64,000 nt of DNA from the human T2T-CHM13v2.0 reference genome, Homo sapiens. The position numbers and the translations under genes are program-made. The stretch is from NCBI RefSeq assembly GCF_009914755.1, contig NC_060930.1; one strand, 5' to 3'. Positions 1 through 54,410 of this stretch are shown here, piece by piece (position 1 is the stretch's first letter; every line of letters starts with the position of its first letter). Below the pieces are notes generated by a model. It was not told the DNA's origin and did no database searches. It was given only the letters and a program-made list of their open reading frames with translations.

Positions 1-3000
1 CGCATATAAAAGACATCTCAGAAGCAGAGTTTCACATCAGGAATAAAATAAAGAATGCACCCAGCAGTAAAATAGTGAGAATCTGTAAAATTGCAATTTC
101 TGATCTTTTCTGAAGCAATCTGAGTTTCTTTGCCCAGGTGTTTAGCCACTTTGTTCCTCACAGTTTTTTTTTGTAAACTTGTATATTTCCTTTTGATGAG
201 GAATAAACAGATCCTATTGTTGAAAATTCTGCATGTTTCATGTTGATTATTATTATTACTGAGGGCAACTTAATAATTATAAATCATCGCTAACATGATC
301 TGTATGGATATAGGAGCTCAGAGCTGGAGTGTTTGAATTTGAGATGTAAATTAGGGGATTTATTGCCCTTTTCTCAAACATTACTATTATTATTGTCCAA
401 GTTTCTTTTTATACTCTTGAGGGCTGAGGAGGAAATAAATTGCCTACAATAAATAAAATGTCCAAAGATGCTTCCAACTTGAGAAGGATTTGCAGGTCTG
501 TTATTCCTTGGTGATGCTGTGGGGAATTCTGTGGTTCCGGTTTCATTTCTGGGGTTTATGGTTTCCCGCATGTTTCTGGGCCAGTGTTTAGATCAGGTGG
601 CCCCTTTCATTATCAGCAGAGGGTTGGGTTACTTGATTGCTTTGCTAAGAAGGACTTTTGGATGTAGGCAATGTCCCCTGGGAGATAAATAGAAGAATGG
701 ACACCATGCCAGGAGGTGGGCAACCTTGTCTAGTACTTGAGTAGGAAGCGCCTCTTATTCTGAGAAAGAGAAATATTGAGGCCCGGAAATTACAATAGTA
801 ATTGTTATATAAAAATTTACACCTCATCCCTTTTGCTTGAGAGACTTGGGTTGGAGAGAGTGTGGGCATAAACTAATTTGAAACTTACTATTCAGAAGCT
901 GGATAAAATAGTAGTCATTACATGACAGTTGACACTTTAAATATTATCAATCTAAGAAAATGTTAGAGCAGGTCTGTCTATTTCTCATAATTCTCCTATT
1001 ACCTTAGATTTGTCAATTGGTTTCAAGCTGAACCGGTTAGGAATAAATTGGCATGGAGGTTGTTATTTTCAACAGACAACTCTGCCCGCTCTTTACAAGG
1101 CTTACAAAATATTGAATTGAATTGATTGCTCTTTTGCTGGCTTGGTTCTGTAGAGAAAAAGATTCTTGCCTTCCTACTTCCCTTCCTTTCTCCTGCCCTT
1201 CTTTTCCATGTTTTCTGCCATATTTTTAGTTAAGTGTGTTGAAAAAAAATACTACTCTTTTATTTTCTTCTCTAGCATCATATTGAACCATGGCAGAAAA
1301 AGCCCGAAAAGCGTATGTGCATTTCTGTTTGACAGAAAACCTCAGCTAATTACTAGTTTTCTTTGTGGCTGTGAACATTTCCCCTGTAGAGAAGGCAAGG
1401 ATCTCATTAGCACTAGCTAATAGGTAAAGGTTACCCCTCTGGAGACCTGGATTGGGGTATTTGAGACCCCAATCTATTGATTTTATTTCTTGATTGCTAC
1501 TTTGCATGTCAAGGTGCTTTCAGGTTTTTCTTTTCATGTATAAAAGAAAAACACTATATTCTTATATAATAGATGTAAAAATAATCCAAATCTTTTCACT
1601 GGAATACAGAATTGATCTATGACATATCACTATTGGTATCATTATGGCTTATTGCATGTTAAGCACATATAGATGCTGACACAGAAAAAAAATAATTATG
1701 AAGAGCACAGCTTAAATTTTTTGAATTTATAGAATACTTCATGAGCAAGAAGAGACACAATTACTAGGAAGAAAATCCTTAAGGTGTGACCTCTGGCTGA
1801 CACACATCCAAGGCAGTGCTGGCACATGCTTAGAGCACAGATGTGAGCTGCTTACCTATGTGGGGAGACTTCAGGGCTGTGAGTAGGTCTTTCGCAGAAA
1901 AACCTTCAATTTCAGCTTCTGTAAGGCATCTCATTAATGGCAAATTTCCAAGGGAAGTAATTTATAGACTGAGTAGGCGCCTGCACATAATCCGTGGTAA
2001 ATAAATATATGAATGAAAAAATGGATGGGTGTAGCAATTTCACTAATGTTATAATTTGTAACAAATTCTTTATTAAAAATATAGACAATATTGCAAAATT
2101 AGTATGCCATTTTTAAACAATTAAAAAAGTGCCTATATTACCAAGTATCCTCACTCTCCAAATAAAAAGTAAAGAAAGAATTACTCCTAACATCATTATA
2201 CATCATAACCATGCTAACACTATACATAATAAAAATATATTTTAACACTTTGGCATATATATTTCTAGGTATCTTTCTCTATAGTTTTCTCTCGCTTAAA
2301 AATGCTTCATAACTCTTTGATAATTAGTGTTTTTCCATAAAATGTATTATAAATGTCATACCATGTCAACAAGATTTATCAATTCCATTTTTTTAGAGAA
2401 GATTTTGATAGGAAAGGAAAGGGGAGATGCTTGAAACCACTGTGGTGCTCAAATGGGGAGGTCAAATCCGAAGGTCGATAGAGACAGGAGAGAGGCTAGC
2501 ATGCAGAAGGAGTAACGGAAGAAAACTGACTGGTCTCCAGTGTGGTTGTCCCTGGACGACTGGGAAAACTTGCTGGTCTTCATTGTGGTCGTCCCTGCAC
2601 ACAATCATGGCCCATGCCAGCTGGCTCGCTGGGGTTGAGTGAAAGAAGCTTAGTCCTGAATTGTTGGTCCCTTATCATAAGACACCAGCCTAGAGGCTGG
2701 CACAAATTTCTGAAGTTGGTATAAAAATGAATCTGACCACAAATCCTTTTTCCTGTAGGCTTATTGTGGGTAATCCTTTTGAACAGTAGTGGAAATGGGC
2801 AATCACCCACTTGTTAAAGACCTGTGTAAACCAGCTAAAGGATTTCTGAATTTTTAATAAACTATGTTTCCTTACTTACATTTTATCAGGCTTAACACTG
2901 AGCACATTTTACCTCGAGATATTGAATATTATCTGCTTACCTTTCTTGGACATCTCTCTAGTTCGTGGGTGTTTCTTTGTTAACTTCCTGGACATTTCCT

Positions 3001-5444
3001 GGCCTTCGATGTTTGTTTCCAACTTACTCTGCACCATCTTACACCTATTTTGAGGTCTGCTGGCTTCTACTAGGTTTCAAGTAACTAATTTCAGAAACTA
3101 CTTTATGTTGAAGTTTTCATGGATTCCGGTAGATTCAAATTTCATGTTCTCAGATAGTATATCCCTAGAAAGAAATTTCGTGGTGATGATGCTTCAGGCA
3201 AAAAATGGCAAAAGTTTCAGAAGCCAGAGCAGGCCAGTGGAGAAGACCATTTTGGGCAGGTCACTTTCACCTTGCATAAGTGGCTCTCCACACTGCCCAT
3301 GCTTTTTGGTATTTCCTGCATTAAACCAGGGAAAATTTAGCAGGTCAAGGGGAAATTTATTGCCAAATATTTTTTGAAGATAATTTTAAGACTAGATAGA
3401 GTCTAACAGAGTTGGACTCTGTTTCTTGGTACGAACTTGTGTTTATTTCCTGTTAGGAGGGGAACCTGTGCCATTCTCTCTTCCGTATTTGCTTATACCT
3501 ATTTGTAAGTCCATTCAATTTGGACATGAGGACTTCTGGCTACATCTAAAGATATTCTTTAATTTTTCATTGTGGAATAATACAGGATTTTAAATGGCTA
3601 ATTCTGGTAACTCAAAAGATATTTAAAACTTTTATGGGTGATGAAGAGTGGAGATGTTTTCAGCTTTTTCCATAATAAGCTGTTATGAGAACAGTCTTAG
3701 GAAGATTTATTCATGGTCCAAAAGACCATTGATTAGCAGATGTGAGAGCAGTGGAGTATATTTTATGGCTTAAAGGATTATGCTAACATGAATAAACACA
3801 TACAACTTACTCCAAGAAGTTTCATTTATATCTTTCACAGAATCATAAATTCAGCAGAAATTTTGACAAGTCATTTAGTTTCTCCTCCACTTTTAAACAG
3901 GATACTTTCCTCCAACCCCCATATGTTGTTTCCCAAGCAATAGTGCCATGAAATATTGTGCAAGAAAGGCAAGCTTCCATGGTTACAAAATTCGACAAAC
4001 TGATCCTCTTGGAAATAATATCATAGACCCTGGAAGTTGTACCCAGACTACAGTACCTAAAGAATAGCTACAATACAAAATACAACAATAACAATATACA
4101 AAAAATAAAAAATAAGTACATAAGAGATTCAGATATGCAGCTGATTGGGAACCATTGGTTTGATCATAGGATGCCATCCCAGGGAACTGGGGGATGTGGT
4201 GTTGAGGGCCCTGACCACCTGGGAAGGTAGATAGGACAGCATCTATCTACTATGGGCGGTAGGCAATCTTCAAATACAGGAGGTAAAAGAGGGAAGGAAT
4301 CGACAAATGACTATTTTATTTACACAATGAGGTAATTCAGGCACATTCAATACTGAAAAAGAAACTCTCTAAAACATATCTCTGAACAAATTCAGTCATG
4401 ACTATGTGTTGCATTTATTATTTTAAGTAGTACAGTTAGTGTTCTGCAAAAATATTTATGATGGTTGCATTGCTATAGCCTGTTTTCAGCAAAAAGTATA
4501 ATTCTGTATCAATGATGAAATAGCACCTCAACAAAATAATGATAATGATCCCATACTATGCACTGGTACCTCTAATTTCTTTATGAACTGAAAGTTATTT
4601 TACTCATGTGTAGGTAAACCAGAGGAAGAATTAGGTAAATTAAGTGGATTAATTTCTCCTAGGAGTATTTTAGTAGTGACTGAAGGAGCCAGTTTTATAT
4701 TCTGAAGGATGTAGACTTTGGATAAAAGCTTGAAGGTCAAGTGGAATTTGGATAGACTGAGAAGAAATGGAACACAAATTACATATGGGGAAAATAAGTG
4801 TAAAGTGTGAAGTTGAAAAATGAGTTTGTAATGTATAAAGAAGAGTGGAAAAAAAAAGAATTCCCAAATAACCATGTATTTAGGATTCTCTGCCTCTTTC
4901 TCGCAGTGTTCCTCAGGAAGAGTTGTGTCTAAGTTGTGTCTTTGAAAAGAACTAGAAACTCTCAAACACTGTATTTCCAAACTTAAACAATAGCATTAAT
5001 TTTGATCAGTGTCAGAAAAAAAATAAGTCCACATATGATATGTCAAAAGCAACTCTTCTGCCAGGCAGGCAAGGCTCTACAGGACAAGATCCCATTTTAC
5101 CAAGCCAAGATGGCTACCACTTCTCTCCATGATGAACTCTGTTCCCATGGAACAACTCTTTTTCCATCCCTTATACACTTTATGTTCATTTTTTCCTCCA
5201 AATCTTAGCTCATGTCATTTTCTTACTGAAAATATTCTCTACTGTTTTCGTTGCTTATTAAAGCCCCTTGGGGGCTCAAGTGAAGTTTTATGTTATCATT
5301 TTCATTATTAACATATCGAGTCTTAGGCTGTGCAAGGCCTGGGTACTTCTCGATATAGGAAGGACACTTCTTGATATTACACACACAGTCTAGTTAATTC
5401 CTCAGAAAATAGTATTATTTCCTTGCTTTAAAAATTATTGTCTA

Positions 5445-5743
<299 letters not shown>

Positions 5744-6139
5744 ATTCTCTAAAACCAAGTAAAGCAGCATTTTATTGTTTTATATTCTTGTATTATTATT
5801 ATATTTTCTGACCATTAGTTGCATCTTTTCTCTGTCCAGAAAATGATAGATACCCTCCCTAAGTCTAGATAACATGGTAAACCTCTGTTGTCCTACCTCA
5901 TAATGCTGGGTTTGTAGTAGATGTTCAGTGAATACTTGAGTTAACACACAAGCATCCATTGATTCAGCATGGGACCCTGAGGAAATCTCTTATACAATAG
6001 CTATATCTTGATGGATAGGCAAGTTTGGGAAAAGTAAGCATCTCAGCATATAATAAATATACAGGACCCCCCATTCATAATATGCTTTCGAGTCCGATAT
6101 CCTATTGCTCCTACAACAAGCATGAGTGACAGGTAAGAA

Positions 6140-6260
6140 GGAGACTGCCCATTTTACAGATGAAGTGGTTGCAGTTCAGAAAGTTTAAATGATTTGCTCA
6201 AGATCAGAGGGTGGGTATCACAGCTGGACTCCAACCTTCATCTTATGATTCTGAAGCTAA
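6140..6260 (-). mobile_element. MIR SINE fragment
   Basis: cccattttacagatgaag...aaatgatttgctcaagatca, the reverse MIR core. Confidence 0.7.
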
Positions 6261-6728
6261 GGTGGAGGACAGGACTGGACAGCCAGTTGGGTGGGGGCAA
6301 TCTTTGGGGAGGAGAGAGTTTACCAGAACAAGAGGCAGTCAAAGGGGAATCAGGAGTTTGAAAGGTAAAGATAAACTTTCACCTGGGGTAGGTCTTGGGA
6401 TGTGGTGCATCTGGCAGCCAAAGATTTCTCCTACAGCTTTCTAACCATCTCAGGGAGAAGGATTTGGAATGAACATTAGCACATGACTGTCCTCAAACTG
6501 TGTGTAGGAGACTGTAGTTTCAGCCAACTGGCCACTGAAAGGGTCACTAGCCTTCCTCTGTAAGCTGTAAGTTGGCAGTTAGAAAGGGGTTAAATTCATG
6601 TCTTTTGCGAAGGTGAATTACATGGTTAGATATGTGCCGATCACCCTGTCACCGCCTGTGGGGCACACAACTCTGTGTTCCACTTGCTGTCTCATATAAT
6701 GCCCGAAATTGTTGCCTAGAGAGCTGAA

Positions 6729-6744
6729 CAGTGACATCTGTTGG
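6729..6744 (-). promoter_or_regulatory. Candidate CTCF motif
   Basis: Minus strand reads CCAACAGATGTCACTG, close to CCASYAGRKGGCRS. Confidence 0.4.
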
Positions 6745-7380
6745 TTCGATTTGAAATAGGCAAGTTCAAAAGAGAAACAGCCACATTAGTATTTCTTCCC
6801 CTTTCAAAACAAATAGGAACAATCATGCCAAAGGAATGACCCTTCCAAAGGAAGTTTTAACATCAGCAGCATACTTTATCTGAAGAACAACACACGACTC
6901 CAAGTTTCAGGATGAGGGATATCATGTGACTTTTATTTTTGCAGAAAGCCCATCAAAGACTTTGTGTAAACCTTTTAAAACTCCAATTCAAAAGAAACAG
7001 TACTACCTGTGTATCTGAGAAATTCCTCAATGCTCAAGATTTCATCCAGAAGCATAAATGAGCAAATAGAAAGTATGGATTTGGGGCAGTGGTGAGAAAT
7101 AATGAAATTGCTTTCTGCTCTAGGAAACTTGAGAAACAAACCTTCCTGTGGATGTGCCTGTGAGTTACAACCCAGCTTGAATCCTTTCTAAATAGCTCCA
7201 AATTTCAAGATCACTTTGACAATCACCTAGCTCTTAGCTTCAATTAATTAAGTGTCCATGTTCCTTTGTACTGAATGCTCTATTTCTTTCCTTACAAAAC
7301 TCTAAACCTCATTGAATGTACAATGGAAATGATTTTCTGGGAAATCTGGATAATCAAAAAATACTATATTCTGACAAGTT

Positions 7381-7467
7381 ATATATATACATATGTAAAT
7401 TTTTTATATATTATATATAATTTATATACATAAATTATATATATATAGTGTGTGTGTGTGTATGTGT
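7381..7467. repeat. (TA)n-rich then (TG)n microsatellite
   Basis: Direct reading. Confidence 0.9.
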
Positions 7468-7559
7468 GCACACTCCATACAATATCATTTCCTGCTCAGA
7501 CCTTTACAAAAATTGCTAAGAAACAGTAAATTGCACAGTTTGGCCTTCAACCTTTTAAT

Positions 7560-7850
7560 CACCCCAAGGAGAAAAGAAGTGGCTCAGAGAGTAGCATGAG
7601 AAAACAGAGGAGAAAATGAAGGCTTGGATAATCTGCCAACCGAATAACTGAGTAATGACATAATTGGATCATTGAAAAAAATGTTAAAATTTTTACCAGT
7701 TATTAATTAGAGAATCATGCATGACCCTGGGAACTTGCTTTTTGTTTTAAAACAGGAGCCACGATTATGAAATGGGTCAAGCTGGCTTATTCAGGTCTGC
7801 TGAGATCTCTACTGGTTTGCTTTTCAGATCCCTCGTGGTTCGAGAACAGA
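7560..7850 (+). promoter_or_regulatory. OPN5 proximal promoter / 5' leader region (no CpG island; TAAT homeodomain-type cores)
   Basis: Immediately upstream of the start codon; TAATGA, TAATTG and TAATTA cores at about 7653-7710; TSS cannot be determined from sequence. Confidence 0.4.
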
Positions 7851-49775
<41,925 letters not shown>

Positions 49776-51864
49776 CAAATGTTCTGGTTGTGAAGAGTGC
49801 ATCTGAAGTGCTTACACGGCGTCTGGCATATGCAGAGAAATTAGCTTACAAATGTTATTTTTCTGACTTCTCGCCTCCACTCCACTTACCCTGTCAGGAA
49901 AAAATAATTCACAAGGAATATCAAAACAATGATGCACCCTAGGAGTATCCAAGTATCTTAACTGAGTTATCTCATTCTGGTATAGTGGCAGAGTTATAAC
50001 TAAAGAGTGCCAGAAACCCACGCTTTAAACATCCTGCAGTGCACACCTCGGTCTCGTCAGTAAGGACTTCACTTTCTTCTGAACTGGGGCTTGTGAAAGC
50101 TGGCCTGAAAAGCCTGATTCAAGGAGATCAGGCTGTGTCTCTGACTGGAGCAGCTACACTCCCCATCTGTAATTTGATTTGTTCTATTGCAGATGATGTA
50201 CTGGGCAGAGGTGAGTGTGGATTGGTGAAAATCTGTTTTTATGACTGGCAAAGCAGTGCAGGGGGGTCTTTCACTGATAAGAAGCATCATCAGTAGGGTT
50301 TGTCCCTGATGCCTTTACAACAGCATCTGAGCACCTCTCAAGTTTTTCCAGGCCAGCTCCAGTTTCAGTGAGGAGAGTGTGGGCTTTCTATTCCCCAAAT
50401 ATTCTTACTACAGTTAATATGTAGGTTACTGCCCCAGCCCAACTGCAGGTTCCCAGATGTGAGTTCCATGTAGGCAGAAACTGTCCAGTTCTTGAAATTG
50501 AATTACTTCCTTGTGTATGTGTTTTTTTCCTACTTAAAGCTCCTCGGGATGCTTCCTCTCAAAAGTCTTTGAAGAATAAGAGGTTAAGCTAAGACAACCT
50601 GAATCAATTTTTTTTTTTTTGTCAAATGCGATTGAAATTATCCCCATAATTCAATAAAATAGCTTTTTCCCTTCTTTCTTTTTACTTTGTTGGAAACTAT
50701 GCAACAGAAACAAAGTAAGAAGACTCTACCTTAATTTTAAAGGTAACTCTTACATAAAGAAGAAAGTCATTATGCCAGGCCAGGGGGAGAGTGGAAAGGG
50801 GAAATTTAGAGAATAGAAACAAACTTAAGCATCTTGTAAATTTTGAGTGAATTGTAAACACATAATGAATGAATGAGAAGGGCCAGCCAGGAGTCTGTGA
50901 AATGGTCCAGTTGGGAAATGCCTAATGCATAAACACAAATCTTGGTGACAGGTAGGTTAGTTATCTGTGAACTTTCTAAAGATTAAATAAACAATAATAG
51001 GATTTTGTTAATGTGCCAAAGTGAGTTTAAACCATGAAAGACACGATGCAAATATGCAAGTACCTTTAATTGGGCATAATAAAAAGTAGTGAGGTATGGT
51101 TAAAATAACATTTAGAACAAGAGAGAAGTTAGGGAGAATTTTTGTCTAAAAAGCCAAAAAGTGATAGTTGATTGGTGATTTTGTTGTTATCAGGAGAGAG
51201 AATTTTCTTAATGTAATAAGTTAGGTACTTTGGCAAGTGAAATGGGTTCTAGGCCAATTGCAAGTCCTTAGGATTCCCTGGCAGCTAGAAACCTTGGCAC
51301 TCCCAAAAGACAGCTTCAGTTAAAATGACAGATGAACATGAGTCTTCAAGTCAAAACTACTGTTGTACCACGTCCATTGAATGTTTGGTGATTCAAGTCT
51401 CTGTTATTCAAGAACTGATTCTGTTTTTCCTCCTGTCAAAACCTTGGTTGATTTTGACTGTAGTAGCACATCTGGCAGGAATATGACAGAAAAAAATTAA
51501 GTTAAAAATATAATTTCTATTCCCCTATTTTTTCTGTAAAAGGCTTTATGGGGAAGAAGGGAAGAAGGTTGACATGAGTAGAGATGATACTTGCCTCTGG
51601 ATGACCCAGTTGGGTTCTCCTTTGACTGCCATTCACCACAGTTGACCTCATTAGGCTCCGAAGTATGAGAAGAGCTTCATTGCCAAGTTAGTGAAAGAAG
51701 CAGATGATTTACTTTTGCTCGAGTGGGTCTGTAGACCTCGGGAGGTTAGCCATTTCTCTTAGAGTTTGGTGTATGTATTAAGATACAGCATGTATGTAGG
51801 TATATATAATACATATATGTGTGTATACATATATATATATTTCTGGTTTGTTTAATATCTTTTA

Positions 51865-52035
51865 AAAAATTTTAATGGAATTTTTTGAACATGTACAAAA
51901 GAGAAAGAATCCTACGATGAACTCCCATGTATCCATCATCCAGCCTCAATAGTGATCAACCCATAGCATATTGTGGTTCATGTTGACACTCATCCACCTC
52001 TTTCCTTCCCCATCTCTCCCCATTATTTTGAGACG
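51865..52035 (-). mobile_element. Old L1 (L1MC-like) 3' end fragment
   Basis: acaaaagagaaagaat...atgaactcccatgtatccatcatccagcctcaa...cattattttga. Confidence 0.6.
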
Positions 52036-52142
52036 AATGAGATCCTGGGATTTCGTGAAAATATTATGAATATCTTATTTGTGAGAACAAGATTTCCCAA
52101 AGCATGATCCCCAGAAACCTAGTCCTGCAAAACTACTGCAAA

Positions 52143-52148
52143 AATAAA
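52143..52148 (+). terminator. Polyadenylation signal AATAAA (candidate end of exon 7)
   Basis: AATAAA about 2.4 kb downstream of the stop codon. Confidence 0.55.
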
Positions 52149-52349
52149 GTGTTCTAATCTCCAAACGTTTTAGGCAAGTGTTAGATATCATCTCTCTTTT
52201 TTGAAGAATTGTCCCATACGGGAATACATTAATGGTTCTTCACCTAAGAACTAATTTAAAGCAGTATCTTCCAAACTTAATTGAGTCTGGAATTCTTTAT
52301 TTCCAGGAGAGTCTATTTACATTGTGAGGAAGAAATGTTAAGAGACAGT

Positions 52350-52600
52350 ATTTACCACATTTGCCAGGCACTCACTATGTGTCAGGTTTTCTGTTAAATG
52401 CTTTTTATGGGCATTACTTCATTTAATCCTTATAAGAATCCTATGAGGTGAGATTGACAGATGAACATATTACCCCATTTTCAGATGAAGAAATTGAAGC
52501 TCAGAAATAGAAAATAACTTGGTAAAGGTCATAGCAGGCGCAAGATTTTCTCCCAGGTCTGAATGACTCTTGAATCTGAGTTCCCAACCCTCATGCTATG
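52350..52600 (-). mobile_element. MIR SINE
   Basis: ttcatttaatccttataagaatcctatgagg...ccccattttcagatgaagaaattgaagctcaga. Confidence 0.8.
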
Positions 52601-54199
52601 CAGTTGGAGAAGGGGTATTAACAATATCTGATGACATGAGCATCCTCTGGTGGCTTTAATGTATTCCACTTTTTGATTTGAAAGGCACTGGGAAGTTTAT
52701 CTAAGACAATAGAGGAGAGAATAATCTAAAAGGTACAAAAGTTGTTTTGTACCTTCTATCATCTAAAAGGTACAAAACAATTTTTTTTCTACGGAAGTAG
52801 AAAATATTATTAATCAATAATGTTGTACTCCTATTTTCTTATGCTAACAAGGGAAACAAAAATACAACAGAACATACACAATCAGAGTCATTAGGCTAAG
52901 AACTTTGTTTAGTAATATTTTCTATTTCCATAGAAAAATTGTTTTGTGCTTTGTAGATTATTTTCACCTCTATTGGCTTAAACTTCCCAATGCCTTTCAA
53001 AAAAAATTAGGTTAAGCATTTTTTTTTAATTTAGCAAATAAGACACAGAAAAGATATATATCTTGCCAGAGGTTTGAAGTTCATTACAGAGCTGGAATCA
53101 GAATGTTGATATTTATGTCCAGGGCAATTTTTTTTAGCTGCACCATGAATATTGCATTGACAAATAGGATATTCCCCCAACTCCTGGCTTGTTCTGGTTG
53201 GTGTACACTGGGGAACCAAAGAACTGGGAGGGAAGGGAGACTGCCTTAATCCAGAGTTACTTGATAGTGGAGAGTCCATTAGTGTTAATATTGTTTTCAG
53301 GATTTTTCAGAGGCAAGGTCTAGTGCTTATCTTAGCATTTATATCATGTTTTGTATATTTTCAGGTAGGAAAGGAAAATCTAAAGATTTAGTTTTCTTAG
53401 GACAAACTGTGAACTACCATCATAGTCCATTGCTTCTTTACACGTGGAAAACCCTGCCAGTGCTCATTGTGATATGCAGTCATCCCCAGGCTGTTTTGGA
53501 AGCTCCAGTTCATGGCCCAACAGTGATGGGAGGGGCTCTGTGGAACCATTCAGGGATTCCTCAGTGAAGGTATCCATGATATAGCTGGGAAGAGGACCAA
53601 ATGGTGAGGTGGAAGAGTGGCTCTTTACCATCTATCTCACATTCCTTGTCAAGGTCAATGTATTATTTTCTAGATGACATGTTTGGTATATTATTCCCTG
53701 AGTAAAAAAAAAAAAATATGCAAAAATTAAAATACAGATGCAATTATTTTCAAAGATATTATGGGAAGAAGGATAGTTGTGTAATAGCTACAGAGAATTA
53801 AGCACCAGCATTATTAGAGCATTAGCAAGGCAAACTAAACACCTCTGATTAACTGGGCATTTATTCTGGCTGAGACAAACTTGCATGGAGATAGGGAACA
53901 TTTGGATGTACGGCTGCAAATAATGAGTGTTATCACTTCGTTAAAGTAGGTCAAGGTAAGCAAATGTGATAGATTTTTTTCCACATGGTATAATTACCAA
54001 AGGCAATTCAGTAGGTTTTAGACCTGGACCATAAAATTATATAATAAGCAGTCATTCATTGTCGGTGATTAAAAATAAATGTCTCCAGACAGATTAAAAG
54101 AGGAGAGACACAGAGTAAAGCACCATGATCCCACTGTTTATTATATCCACTCTCGTAATTAAGGAAGGTGTAAATTTAAAACATATTATTAAATATGTG

Positions 54200-54410
54200 G
54201 AGGCACCATGATATAGCAAAAAGAGAGCTGGTCCTGGAATCAGACCACCAGGGTTAAGGAATCACTTTTTATACCTTTGACAACATGGCCTCAGGAAAAC
54301 AATTTGATCTCTTTGAGCTTTGGTTTGCTTATTTGAAAATGGACATTAACAATAAATTCTTAAAATATTTTCTAGTGGTCAAATAATATATGAATCTGCA
54401 AAGTTCTAGG
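54200..54410 (+). mobile_element. MIR SINE
   Basis: ctggaatcagacc...tctctttgagctttggtttgcttatttgaaaatgga. Confidence 0.6.

Larger units (their letters stand above)
49776..52165 (+). other. OPN5: OPN5 exon 7 3' UTR (end approximate)
   Basis: Follows the stop codon; AATAAA hexamers at 50653, 50986, 51078 and 52143; end placed about 20 nt after the last. Confidence 0.6.

Noticed and set aside
1-5400. Search for another gene or RNA gene upstream of OPN5
   Set aside because: Only short random ORFs and AT-rich or decayed repeat sequence; no tRNA, snRNA or processed-pseudogene signature recognised
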